Origin: Thermodesulfobacteriota bacterium
Lineage (GTDB): Bacteria; Desulfobacterota; Binatia; Bin18
Direction: 5' to 3'
Assembly: GCA_964291405.2 (NCBI GenBank)
Contig: OZ219926.1
Location: 2,208,001-2,272,000, forward strand
Length of the DNA: 64,000 nucleotides
Position 1 is the first letter of the stretch. The number at the start of each line of letters is the position of its first letter. Position numbers and translations under genes: made by a program. Shown here piece after piece: positions 38,359 through 47,993 of the stretch. The notes beneath the pieces were generated by a model, which saw nothing but the letters and a program-made list of their open reading frames with translations, was not told where the DNA came from and did no database searches.

Positions 38359-39812
38359 GCCGCGGCCTCCACGTTTCTCGCGTTCCCCATCTGGAGCACC
38401 TCCATCAACTCGGCACGCAGCCCCGCCGCGTCCACCGAGGCCATCCAGGACGGCTGGCGACCGGTATTCTCAAAAGTATGCTCTTCGCCCGGCAGTCGTC
38501 GCCACATCTCCTCGGTAGTAATGATATCGCTCTCCATCCCGACCACATCGGTAATGCTGGTCACACAGCGATGGCCGGAGCGCAGCCGGGCCAACTGCAC
38601 CACGAGATCAACAGCCGACACAATCTGGCGGCGCATGGCCGACAGCGGCAGGTCACCCGAGGTCAGCATCAGCATGTTTTCGAGCCGCATCAGCGCGTCG
38701 CGTGGATTATTGGCGTGGATGGTACACATCGAGCCCGGATGGCCGGTATTCATGGCTTGCAGCATCTCGTTGGCCTCGCCGCCGCGCACCTCACCCACGA
38801 TGATCCGGTCGGGCCGCATCCGCAGGGCGTTAATCAGCAGATCGCGGATGGTCACCTCACCCGTCCCCTCCACGCTCTTCGTGCGCGTTTCCAGCCGGAC
38901 CACATGCGGTTGCTGCAACTGCAATTCCGCTGAATCCTCGATGGTCACCAGTCGCTCGGTGTTGCTGATCTCGCGCGACAGGGCGTTCAGAAAGGTGGTT
39001 TTTCCGGCACCCGTCCCGCCGGAAATCAGGATATTCAGCCGGGCCTTGGCACAGATCTGGAGCAACCGGCTCATTGCCGGGGTAAAGGCGTTGCGCTCGG
39101 CCAGCTCGGCCAGGCTGATGCCACGGGCCACAAAACGCCGGATGGAGAAAGTCGCACCGTCAATCGCCAGGGGCGGAATAATGATGTTGACGCGGCTCCC
39201 GTCGGGCAGACGGGCGTCCACCATGGGGCTGGCCTCGTCGATCCGCCGCCCGACCCAACCGGCGATCCGCTGGGCGATATTAAGCAGATGCTGCTCATCC
39301 CGGAACCGAACGTCCACCTGCTCCAGCCTGCCCTTGCGTTCGACATAGACCGATTTGAGCCCATTGACCAGGATGTCGGAGATCTGCGGGTCATTGAACA
39401 GCGGCTCCAGCGGACCGAGACCCTTGATGTCGTCCACTAGCCGCTGGACCACCCGCCGCCGGTCGAGCGGCGTCAGGTCCGAGGCAACCGAGTCTTCGGT
39501 ATCCAGAAAGGACTGAAGTTGAACGGCCAGCTCATCCCGGCTCAGGTCGGCCGCCTTGGACATATCGAGAGACTGTACGACGGTCGGGTGAATCTTTACC
39601 GCCATCTCGGCGACCAACCCGTCTGAGGTCTGACGGCGCGTCAGTGTGGCGGGCTCGGCCGTCCCGGCAACCGCGGCCGCTATGAGTTGCTCCTGTTGCG
39701 CTTTGGTCTGTGGGGCGGCCAGCACCGGGGCAGGCGGATGATTGGTGGCCTGCGCCGGAGCGGGCTTTTGGGCGGTCGGTTTAGGGCGGCGTCCGAAAAG
39801 ATTACGGGGCAT
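38355..39812 (-). CDS. cpaF: Tad pilus ATPase CpaF/TadA
   Basis: GLGPLEPL, SGGTGAGKTT, TIEDSAEL, MRPDRIIVGEVRG, MNTGH. Confidence 0.95.
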   Translation of the reverse strand: MPRNLFGRRPKPTAQKPAPAQATNHPPAPVLAAPQTKAQQEQLIAAAVAGTAEPATLTRRQTSDGLVAEMAVKIHPTVVQSLDMSKAADLSRDELAVQLQSFLDTEDSVASDLTPLDRRRVVQRLVDDIKGLGPLEPLFNDPQISDILVNGLKSVYVERKGRLEQVDVRFRDEQHLLNIAQRIAGWVGRRIDEASPMVDARLPDGSRVNIIIPPLAIDGATFSIRRFVARGISLAELAERNAFTPAMSRLLQICAKARLNILISGGTGAGKTTFLNALSREISNTERLVTIEDSAELQLQQPHVVRLETRTKSVEGTGEVTIRDLLINALRMRPDRIIVGEVRGGEANEMLQAMNTGHPGSMCTIHANNPRDALMRLENMLMLTSGDLPLSAMRRQIVSAVDLVVQLARLRSGHRCVTSITDVVGMESDIITTEEMWRRLPGEEHTFENTGRQPSWMASVDAAGLRAELMEVLQMGNARNVEAAA

Positions 39813-39828
39813 ACGAATACTCTCTGAC

Positions 39829-40980
39829 TTAGAATTGGGGGTCGTACTGTCCAGCGTCGGCCAGCGAGACAGCCGGGCGGGTCAGCCGACCGGTCAGGTC
39901 GTCCAGGGCTTTGCGGTATTTTTTGCTGAACTCCCGTTCCGGCAGGCCGTAGTTGGTTGCCGAGGGCAAACCGGGCTCAAAGGGCATGGTCACGTCCGGC
40001 TTGCGCCCGGCCAGGGTGTAGCGAATATCCTCCGCAGACAGTGCGCTCTTGCGCGTCCGCGTATGGTTTTCGACCAGCAGACCCCAGTTGTCCCTGCCGA
40101 GCAGCGCCATGCGGCGGATGACCCGGTTGAGGCTGACCAGGGTCGGTTCAAAGACCAGCACCCGTTCGTCCGCGTTTGCCAGCACGGAAAACAGCAGGTC
40201 GGTATCCGTCAGGCCGTCCACGATCACGAGGTGAGAGCGGTTGGCGAGCTGTTCCATCAGCCATTGGACGGCCTCAGCCGCGGGCGGGGCCGGCAGGCTG
40301 TCGCTCGACCGATAGCCGTAGACGGAGATGCGCGGGGTCACCCGAGTCCGCACCCCGTCAATCAGGCTCGGGTCCGGGTCCGGTTTGGCCGCCAAATCGA
40401 GCAGCTCGTCAAACCCCACCGCAGGCTCAACGTCCAGCATCAGCGGTAAGGCCCCGGAGGTCCGCTCCAGGTCCAGCACCGACACATAGCTGCCCTGGGC
40501 CGCTGCGGTCAGGGCCGTCAGCGCGGCCAGGGTGGTCGCGCCGCTGCCGCCGCAACCGGCAAACGCAATCACCCGTCCGGCATACAGGCGGGCGGCCACG
40601 TCCTCCTCGTCCCTGAGCGCCGTAGTCACTGCGTCGCGAACATCACTGACCGCCAGGGGTTTGGGTAAATAATCGCTGACCCCGCAGGCCAGCAGTTCGC
40701 GGGTGAAGCGGGCCGTATCATTCGAACTGACGGCAATGACCACGGTCCCGAACTCGCACACCGAGGCCAATTCATGAATCCGTCCGACCGGAAACTCGGT
40801 GCCATCCAGGTCAACAAACAGCAACTGGGGCGAGGCCGCAGCACTCAGCGCTTTAATGGCGGCGGTAATGTCGCCGCGCCGCACCTGGGCTCCGCGCCCG
40901 GCCAGCGCCCCTTTCAGCATCCGTTCGGTTTCGGCGTCAACCGCAAAGGCCAGGATACTGCTGGTGTCGGTCGCTTCCAT
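39829..40980 (-). CDS. cpaE: CpaE/TadZ (receiver-like domain + ParA-like ATPase)
   Basis: LLFVDLD, SDYLPKP, GGSGATTLA. Confidence 0.85.
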   Translation of the reverse strand: MEATDTSSILAFAVDAETERMLKGALAGRGAQVRRGDITAAIKALSAAASPQLLFVDLDGTEFPVGRIHELASVCEFGTVVIAVSSNDTARFTRELLACGVSDYLPKPLAVSDVRDAVTTALRDEEDVAARLYAGRVIAFAGCGGSGATTLAALTALTAAAQGSYVSVLDLERTSGALPLMLDVEPAVGFDELLDLAAKPDPDPSLIDGVRTRVTPRISVYGYRSSDSLPAPPAAEAVQWLMEQLANRSHLVIVDGLTDTDLLFSVLANADERVLVFEPTLVSLNRVIRRMALLGRDNWGLLVENHTRTRKSALSAEDIRYTLAGRKPDVTMPFEPGLPSATNYGLPEREFSKKYRKALDDLTGRLTRPAVSLADAGQYDPQF

Positions 40981-41043
40981 GGACGGCGTTTCCTCATGCC
41001 CTGGGGCGTTTCACGTTAAGCTGTAGCCATGCCATTATGCTTT

Positions 41044-41118
41044 CGTCATGCCGGACTTGATCCGGCATCCAGAGGCGAGGAGTCGAGAGCCTGGATGCCG
41101 GCTTGCGCCGGAATGACG
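41044..41118. repeat. GTCATGCCGG-type double-hairpin REP-like element
   Basis: CGTCATGCCGGACTTGATCCGGCATCCAG...CTGGATGCCGGCTTGCGCCGGAATGACG. Confidence 0.8.
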
Positions 41119-41154
41119 GAGGGGACCGGGCTAGCTAGACAGGATCGTATCGCT

Positions 41155-41772
41155 CTAGGTGTCGCCACCCCCGATAGCGATGGTTTGCGATACGTCCGGC
41201 AGCTCGCGCACCTCGTCCGTCACCCAACGCTGATAGGCTCCGTGGGTCGCCCCATAGGCCGCAACCGGTCGCTCGATCGGAGCCGTCTCCAGGCTGTCCT
41301 CATAATCAGCACTGGTGTCGTCCAGACTGCGCTGTGCTCCTTCGATACTGGACAGTGCCATGCGGGTGGACGGCAGGGTTTGGTGGAACGAGAGCGGCAC
41401 TACGGAGCATCCGGCGCAGAGCGCGGCGACAGCCAGCAACGTAGGGATGATGCAAAAAGGAACCCACCCCGCCGCTGGCGCGGCACAAAGAGGGGAGCTT
41501 TTCCTACCCCCTCCTCGGAGGGGTGGCCCGCAGGGCCGGGGTGGGTTCCTCTCCTGGCAAGCACCTGGGAGAGCGGCCATCCTGGCCGCTTGCGGGCTGG
41601 AAGCCCGCACTCCTGGAGCCCCACCCCGCCGAGGACCCACAAAACAATATGCATCACTCCTCCGAGGAGGAGAGTTTTTCCTATCCCCTCTTGGGAGGGG
41701 TGCCGCGTCAGCGGCGGGGTGGGTTCCTCCCCTGCTAAGCGGCAACAGCGAATCAGACCAGGGCCTGTTCAT
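41155..41772 (-). CDS. Putative lipoprotein at the CpaD position, N-terminus inflated by REP insertions
   Basis: LLAVAALCAGC lipobox; GGAG RBS; 41461-41728 is palindromic repeat DNA. Confidence 0.55.
   Translation of the reverse strand: MNRPWSDSLLPLSRGGTHPAADAAPLPRGDRKNSPPRRSDAYCFVGPRRGGAPGVRASSPQAARMAALPGACQERNPPRPCGPPLRGGGRKSSPLCAAPAAGWVPFCIIPTLLAVAALCAGCSVVPLSFHQTLPSTRMALSSIEGAQRSLDDTSADYEDSLETAPIERPVAAYGATHGAYQRWVTDEVRELPDVSQTIAIGGGDT
41461..41728. repeat. Cluster of nested REP-like palindromes
   Basis: Three ACCCACCCC/GGGGTGGGT-type units plus one GCGGGCTGGAAGCCCGC unit. Confidence 0.8.
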
Positions 41773-41788
41773 GGGCGTTCTCCTTGCC

Positions 41789-44335
41789 TCAGTAATGATA
41801 GCCGCGTAAGCGCCGACCGGGCAGTTGGCGGTCCCGGTCGGTCGTGCGGGGCATGGTCGTAGCGGTGGTCAGTCGCGCCGTGACAACGACAATCAGCTCG
41901 GTGGCGTTCGAGCGGACCGACTGCGAGCCGAACAGCATGCCCAGCAGCGGAATATCCTTGACGACCGGCAGGCCGGATTCGACCGCTTCGCTCTGGTCGC
42001 GGTACAACCCGGCAATCACGATGGACTCGCCATCACCGACCTCAACCGTGGTCTCGGCCCGGCGCACATTGATGACCGGGATATCGATCCCGGTGACTGT
42101 GAGCGAGTCGGTATCCGAACGCTGCGATACTTCCGGACGCACGGTCAGCATAATGCGTCCGCTGTCAATAATCGTCGGCACAAAGTCCAGTAGCACGCCG
42201 TATTTCTTGTATTCGAAAATAATCGCGCCGTCCTCAAAGCCCGAGGGCAGGGGGTATTCCCCGCCGGAAAAAAAGCTGGCCGTCTCGCCCGAGACCGCGG
42301 TCACGTTGGGCCGCGCCAGCACTGTTGCCAGACCGGCGGTGGCCAGCGCGTCTATCAGCCCCCGCACTGTTGTTCTGCCAGGGTCGAAACCAGTACTACC
42401 AAACAGCGCCGCGGCTTGTCCTTCGATCAACTCCCGCGATAGGTATCCGGTCGCCTCGCTGAAGAAGAATCGGCCGACCCGCATCCCGAGGTCGCGCCCG
42501 GCGCCGATATCCGGCAGCACTTCCCAATTGAACCCCAGGGTTTCGCTGACGCTACGCTGCACTTCGGCGATCTGCACTTCGAGGTTGACCTGCTGTTTAC
42601 CCGTCACGCTGATACGGTTTTCGACCGGCGTCTCTTCCGGGAGGGCGGTGGTCGTTAGTCGCAGGGCCAGGTCGGCTGCGGCAATGGACGCCACCCTGCC
42701 GCTGAGTTCGATTCCTCGGTTGAGTTGGCGGACGACCACGTTTTTAAGTGCGGGTACGCCCTCAATCGCGGCTCGGGCCGGCTGGATATCAAGGACCGTG
42801 GCTATGGTCCATTCGCCGACCAGTTCGCTATCGGCATCGAGCGCGGCCACCGACGTCCGGCCCACGGCCTTGGCGACCACGAACAGCACGCCGGACGAAA
42901 CCAACTGCACATCCGCAATTTCCGGGTTAGCCACAAAGACGGAAGCGACCGGCGTTTCAAGTCGAAAAAGTCGACTCTGAGAGAGGGGAATCTGCACCGA
43001 GGCGGGCAGGGTGGGGAATTGGGGGTTGGGGGTTGGGGGTTGGGGGGTTGGCTCGGTCGTAACCGGAGGTGTCTCTGTGGCGGCGGGTGTGGCGGTTTCG
43101 GTTGGGGGAGTGTCTTCGGTGGCGGCTGCCGTTTCTTCGGAAGACGCGCCTTCCCCCTCTCCCTCTGGGAGAGGGTCGGGGTGAGGGCTTGTAGCGGTTT
43201 CTGTCTGGGGTGTCTCTTCTGAGACGGTTTCTGGAGTCAGTTCAGCCGGAGGCGTAGCCTCTTCTGCTCCCCTCTCGGGCGTTGCGGTTTCTTCTACCGG
43301 AGGCGTCACTTCGGCGGTCGGAACCGATTCAGGTGTCAAGCCGGATTCTGCCGGCGACGCGTCCGCGTCTGCTTTCACCGGCGGGAGAGCCTCTTCCTCT
43401 CCCCTCTCGGGAGGGGTGGCTCCTGAGCTGGTCGAAGGGGCCGGGGTGGGTTCCTCCCCCGCCGGCTCAGTCTCCATTCCCAATGCGGGAACCGCCGCTT
43501 GGTCGGCGCTCTGCTCCGTTGTCTGTTCCCCGTTCGGATCAGGTAGCAGTGATTGGGCGTCCGTGGACCCACCCCGCTGCTGACGCGGCACCCCTCCAAG
43601 GAGGGGAGGTTCTTCTGATCCCCTCTCGGGAGGGGTGGTCCTGAGTTGGTCGAAGGGCCGGGGCGGGTTTTCCCCACTCTCGGGCGTTGCATCGGCCTCG
43701 ACTGCGAAAGGGAGACTGGGAGGAAGTTCCGCAGGTAGCGCTTCGGGTGCAGCCTCTGCTAATGGGGGGGGGGAGTCCCCGGAGATGGTGGGGGAGGGAT
43801 GGGTATCTCCGGGGACGGCCGCAGGAGACGGCTCCATTGAGGGGGGGTCCGGAGCCTGGGCAAGCATCGCGCCCGCCTCTCCATCGGCAAGCAGGTCAAC
43901 CACGACCTTGACGCCACCTTCCTCGCTATTGAGGAGGAAGGTGCGCAGCCGGTACTCGTTGGTGAGCGAGGCGACCACGCTCTGGCCGTCGGGGCCGAGG
44001 TCTACATCGGTGATATACGCGCCAAGATGGCGTGGAATCTGCCGGAATGTGGTGTGCAGGCGGCGGTCGAACATGACTGTCAGGGTTCTTCCCTCTATGC
44101 GTGCGCCGTAGGCCACGGCCCACGGCCAATCGAACACCATGCGGCCAAAATCGTCATGCGCCCAGGCACGCGTCACAATGGGCACGACTTCCGGCCCGCT
44201 GCCGTTGAGAACCGGCACCGCCGGGCTTGCTCCGGGGTCCGGCTCCTGGCCGTAGCCTGGGCTGCTGCCGGCAATGCATATACCGGCAACGAGCAGCCCC
44301 AGCACGAGCCTACATGCTGACTGTATCCTCTCCAA
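41789..44335 (-). CDS. cpaC: Tad secretin CpaC/RcpA with long N-terminal extension
   Basis: VANPEIADV, QVNLEVQIAEV, FFSGGEYP, YGVLLDFVP, RRAETTVEV, DIPLLGMLF. Confidence 0.92.
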   Translation of the reverse strand: MERIQSACRLVLGLLVAGICIAGSSPGYGQEPDPGASPAVPVLNGSGPEVVPIVTRAWAHDDFGRMVFDWPWAVAYGARIEGRTLTVMFDRRLHTTFRQIPRHLGAYITDVDLGPDGQSVVASLTNEYRLRTFLLNSEEGGVKVVVDLLADGEAGAMLAQAPDPPSMEPSPAAVPGDTHPSPTISGDSPPPLAEAAPEALPAELPPSLPFAVEADATPESGENPPRPFDQLRTTPPERGSEEPPLLGGVPRQQRGGSTDAQSLLPDPNGEQTTEQSADQAAVPALGMETEPAGEEPTPAPSTSSGATPPERGEEEALPPVKADADASPAESGLTPESVPTAEVTPPVEETATPERGAEEATPPAELTPETVSEETPQTETATSPHPDPLPEGEGEGASSEETAAATEDTPPTETATPAATETPPVTTEPTPQPPTPNPQFPTLPASVQIPLSQSRLFRLETPVASVFVANPEIADVQLVSSGVLFVVAKAVGRTSVAALDADSELVGEWTIATVLDIQPARAAIEGVPALKNVVVRQLNRGIELSGRVASIAAADLALRLTTTALPEETPVENRISVTGKQQVNLEVQIAEVQRSVSETLGFNWEVLPDIGAGRDLGMRVGRFFFSEATGYLSRELIEGQAAALFGSTGFDPGRTTVRGLIDALATAGLATVLARPNVTAVSGETASFFSGGEYPLPSGFEDGAIIFEYKKYGVLLDFVPTIIDSGRIMLTVRPEVSQRSDTDSLTVTGIDIPVINVRRAETTVEVGDGESIVIAGLYRDQSEAVESGLPVVKDIPLLGMLFGSQSVRSNATELIVVVTARLTTATTMPRTTDRDRQLPGRRLRGYHY
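43012..43672. repeat. REP-like palindromes and (GGGGGTT)-type repeats inside the cpaC linker
   Basis: 43155-43187 CCCTCTCCCTCTGGGAGAGGG; CCCCTC..GAGGGG units at 43400-43454, 43568-43606, 43620-43670. Confidence 0.75.
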
Positions 44336-44478
44336 AACGCCGCAATACTATACGTGCGGAGCATACTGAGGCAATGACGACAGAACCGCCCCACCGCCCG
44401 CAAGCGGGTGGCAGGGAGATTCAATCCCTTGACAGCGTTCCGGGGGCGGCATCTCGTTCATCCTTGCTCACCCCCCGT

Positions 44479-44604
44479 TCAGTAGCCACTTAGTAGCCAC
44501 TTAATAGCGATGATGGCCTCCCTGATATCACTCCTGAAGTTCTCGTAGGTGGCGACAATAACCACGGCGGCGATAACCATCAAAATGGTGTATTCCAGAA
44601 CCGA
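44479..44604 (-). pseudogene. Headless second Flp pilin copy
   Basis: SVLEYTILMVIAAVVIVATYENFRSDIREAIIAIKWLLSGY*, preceded in frame by TGA. Confidence 0.7.
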
Positions 44605-44619
44605 TCAAGGAGTTAACTT

Positions 44620-44838
44620 TTATTTATTATCAGCATCGGGGGTGGAAACTTTAGTGCCCGTTATGGCGGTTCCGATTTTACCCATCCCAGTTGAAATGCT
44701 AGTACCAAAGTTCGTGATTGCTGTCGCAATGGCCACGGCAATAATACCCACCAGAATGGCATATTCCATGGCGGAGACGGCGCGATTGTTGCGCAGGTAG
44801 TGAGCGAACTTTTTGGTGTAACGTGCGATTGTGGTCAT
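44620..44838 (-). CDS. flp: Flp family type IVc pilin
   Basis: YLRNNRAVSAMEYAILVGIIAVAI Flp motif; AAGGAAG RBS before ATG 44838. Confidence 0.9.
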   Translation of the reverse strand: MTTIARYTKKFAHYLRNNRAVSAMEYAILVGIIAVAIATAITNFGTSISTGMGKIGTAITGTKVSTPDADNK

Positions 44839-44974
44839 ATCTTCTTCCTTTCTTCGGTTAGGGGTTCTTGTCAATAGAAACATTTTCGAGCCACATCTGT
44901 TTTTCAACTGTAAAACTTTGCCCTCCTCCTTCCTTTTCCTCCGCATAAAATAAAACACTGCATAATCGATTCGC

Positions 44975-46789
44975 TTAGCGCATGAGCCGCAACGGCCGCA
45001 GCCGCTGGCCAATCGTCTCAAAAGCGCCTTCCAACTCCTCTTGCGTTGTGCCGGTAAAGGAGTTCGTGGCGTCCTCGTCGGCGTCTTCGCCGACCGGGCT
45101 GGCACATTTTTCCAACTCGTCTTTCAAACCTCTGCTCGGGTCGCCGGCAAAAACGGTGATGATCTCAATGCCGGCGTCCTTTGCTGCGGTACAGGCCTGG
45201 AGGCGACGGTCCGGTACAGTCACCTCACCGGGCTTCGCCCACGTCAGGTGGTTGTCGGCACCGTCGGTCAGCAGCACTAGCACTTTGCGCACATTCGAGA
45301 CCGCATCCACAGGGTGGACTGCATCGCCCCAGATGGTGCGCCACGCCGGCGCCAGCAACCGGTGACCCCAGATAACGCCGAGCGTCGAATAGGTGGCGTT
45401 GCCGTCGGCGCTCAAGACGTTAATTTTTCTCTTGATTGTATCGGCATCGGCCGTGAGCGGCACGATGGTGGGAAGGCCACAGTTGAACTGGGGCTCCTTC
45501 CGCACGGCCCACTTAGGGTGTTCGGTGGTCCCGTCAAAGCACAGGTCCTTAAAATTACCCCCCCAACCGGCGCGGTCAGGGGTGGGGTCCTTCTGGGCAC
45601 ACTGGAAAGATACGGCATCATTCCAGATGAACGGTGGGATTGGTGAATAAAATCCCATAGTGAACGGCTCAACCGTTGGCAGGACGGCAGAGAGGCCGGG
45701 TGGGTTATCACCGGACATTCGGCGCTGGTCAACACAGCCCTGCCAGGCTTCGGGCTTGCTCGGCAGGTCGTACCACTTACCCCCAGCAGTTGTGACATGG
45801 GGGTCCGGGTACCAGCCTTCCGGCAGGGCCATATTTTTCCAACTTCCCAAGTGGGGATTCGGATAGTAGCGCCGGTTCGGATACTGGGCCCAGCCGCGAT
45901 CTTCCCATCGTATGCGCGTCGCCGAGTCAAACTGCACGCGGTAGTGCCAGGGTACAAGGCCGACAACCACGGTACGGCTGGCATCAGCAGTGATGGTGTC
46001 AATAAGTTCCTGAGCTGCCTCTTTGACAATAGCGAGACGGCTACGACGATTTGAATCATGTGGTCTATTGCCATTGAGGTCAGAGCGCATCGAGCCGGTG
46101 ACATCGATGGCCAGGACCAATTCGGTCACAGGTGGCGTGTCGGGGGTGGTCTGCTCGTCAGTCGTTCCGTCTGCGAGCTCAGGGTCGGACAGGCTGTCCA
46201 CCCGCGTAGCTGATACCACATCGCCGTACATCCAGCTCCCGAAAATGATACCGCCCAGGTCGGCTTGGGCGACGATATTCACCTGGCCGGGGCTGGGGTA
46301 TGTCAGTGTAATCGCCAGCGTTTCTGCGGCGCGCTCGCGCCGGCCCTCCGGGATATTGGCCAGAATATAGCGCCGGGCTATGGGCATGAGCGCGGTGGTT
46401 ACGGCCTCCGTGGACAAACTGGTATCGAGCGTCCGCAGGGAGCGGGTCGCGGCCAGGGTGGCCGCGTCGGTCGCGGCCTTGAGGATGTCACGCTGGTAGA
46501 CGAGGTGGGTATGGTCGGAGGTAAAGGCAAAGCCGGCAACGCTCATGATGGTCATTACGGCCGCGGTCAGCGCGGTGGCGGCGGCACGACGGCAGCGGAT
46601 AAAGGGGACAACCCACCCCGGCCCGGTAGCTCCCCCTTCTTCCTGGGAGAGCGGCCATCTTGGCCGCTTGCGGGCTGGAAGCCCGCACTCCTGGCCCCCT
46701 GTCGCAGACCGGCACGGCGCAGGGGAGCGGGGGGCCGCGTCAGCGGCGGGGTGGGTTCCGGTTTGCATGATCCGCGCACTCTCCATCAA
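44975..46789 (-). CDS. tadG: TadG-like vWA-domain pilus protein
   Basis: LKAATDAATLAA, LAIDVTGSM, WQGCV, VLLTDG. Confidence 0.85.
   Translation of the reverse strand: MMESARIMQTGTHPAADAAPRSPAPCRSATGGQECGLPARKRPRWPLSQEEGGATGPGWVVPFIRCRRAAATALTAAVMTIMSVAGFAFTSDHTHLVYQRDILKAATDAATLAATRSLRTLDTSLSTEAVTTALMPIARRYILANIPEGRRERAAETLAITLTYPSPGQVNIVAQADLGGIIFGSWMYGDVVSATRVDSLSDPELADGTTDEQTTPDTPPVTELVLAIDVTGSMRSDLNGNRPHDSNRRSRLAIVKEAAQELIDTITADASRTVVVGLVPWHYRVQFDSATRIRWEDRGWAQYPNRRYYPNPHLGSWKNMALPEGWYPDPHVTTAGGKWYDLPSKPEAWQGCVDQRRMSGDNPPGLSAVLPTVEPFTMGFYSPIPPFIWNDAVSFQCAQKDPTPDRAGWGGNFKDLCFDGTTEHPKWAVRKEPQFNCGLPTIVPLTADADTIKRKINVLSADGNATYSTLGVIWGHRLLAPAWRTIWGDAVHPVDAVSNVRKVLVLLTDGADNHLTWAKPGEVTVPDRRLQACTAAKDAGIEIITVFAGDPSRGLKDELEKCASPVGEDADEDATNSFTGTTQEELEGAFETIGQRLRPLRLMR
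46610..46759. repeat. Composite REP-like insertion in the tadG 5' end
   Basis: ACCCACCCC...GGGGTGGGT arms enclosing the 46642-46694 unit. Confidence 0.8.
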
Positions 46790-47367
46790 CTGGTCGCGCC
46801 CAAATTAGTTGCCAAGTTATCGGCACGTGCAGGCACGATGTAATGAGCCTGCACTGCTCCGGGCATGGCGGTGTTCGCTCGCTCGACGCACACCTCTGCG
46901 ACAATGGCGAGTTCTCTGAGCGACATGGTAAATACATCCGGCAGGGTGGCCGGATTGTTCAGCGTGTCGATATTGACTTCTCCCTCTCCGCTGCACGAGG
47001 TCAACGTGGGCGGTTGACCGTCTTCCGGGCCGAGTTCGACCGTTTCGGTCCAGAGCACGGTGGGCGGGGCTGTGGGGTTGTCGGGGCTCTTGTACACTGC
47101 GGAAACCACAAAGACGACATTCGATGTGGGAAACTGCTCCTGGTGCAGAAATCCGGCTAGCGTCTGTACAAAGCCCGCTTCGAGTTGCTCGTCCCGGCTC
47201 ACGGTGTCCGCCAGAGTGACGGCGGCGTGCAGGGTGGTCGTCTGAGCGCTGGCCAGCCGGTACAGGTCCAGGGCAAGTACTGAGGCGGCGATCATCGCTA
47301 CAGTGCCGAGCGCAGCTTCAATAGAGGCGACACCGCGCCGGTCGCGCAGATAGCGTTTCAGGTGCAT
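46786..47367 (-). CDS. TadF/TadE-like pseudopilin
   Basis: YLRDRRGVASIEAAL. Confidence 0.8.
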   Translation of the reverse strand: MHLKRYLRDRRGVASIEAALGTVAMIAASVLALDLYRLASAQTTTLHAAVTLADTVSRDEQLEAGFVQTLAGFLHQEQFPTSNVVFVVSAVYKSPDNPTAPPTVLWTETVELGPEDGQPPTLTSCSGEGEVNIDTLNNPATLPDVFTMSLRELAIVAEVCVERANTAMPGAVQAHYIVPARADNLATNLGATS

Positions 47368-47378
47368 GGCAATACCTG

Positions 47379-47948
47379 TTACGTCGTTATGCGTTCCTCG
47401 TTGCGCATAATGGCTATGGCCCGAAGCCCATCATCACCGAACAATGTCTGCTGGAGCTGACCCAGCGTGGAGCGGGGCTGCAAACGCAGCCGCACGACCA
47501 CCATGTCGCCGCCGCCGCCGCCCAAGGCGGCATCGTCCTCCTGCGACAGTTGACCGTTCGGATTGTCGTCGGTCTTCGCCATATCACCCGGAGAGTTGTA
47601 CACCTGCACCGTGGCCGACAGGCAGTATTCCGCCGCTTGCTGACCTTCCTGAGGTTGTGGGCAGGTGGCGTTCATGGTCAGGTCATAGTCCAGCCAGTCG
47701 CCGACCTCGGTAGTGATGGCCTGTCGGATGCGATCCTCCAGGTTCGCAGCATCTGTGGCCGTGGCCACGGCCAGGGCGTTGGTGCGTGCTACCCGATGAG
47801 CCGCGCGCTGAAGCAGGTCGCCGGCAAAAAGGGTCTGGACGATCTCGAATATCCCGGCCAGACAAAGCATGAGCGGGATGGTGGCAAGGGCGCTCTCCAG
47901 GGCGACGACCCCGCGACGGCAGGCCAGAAGTCGTTTGACGGTACGCAT
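47379..47948 (-). CDS. tadE: TadE-like pseudopilin
   Basis: RRGVVALESALATIP; C-terminal MRNE. Confidence 0.82.
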   Translation of the reverse strand: MRTVKRLLACRRGVVALESALATIPLMLCLAGIFEIVQTLFAGDLLQRAAHRVARTNALAVATATDAANLEDRIRQAITTEVGDWLDYDLTMNATCPQPQEGQQAAEYCLSATVQVYNSPGDMAKTDDNPNGQLSQEDDAALGGGGGDMVVVRLRLQPRSTLGQLQQTLFGDDGLRAIAIMRNEERITT

Positions 47949-47993
47949 GCGACGCGTTTCCTTTCCCGATGCCTTTCTCTCGCCTGACGGGCC

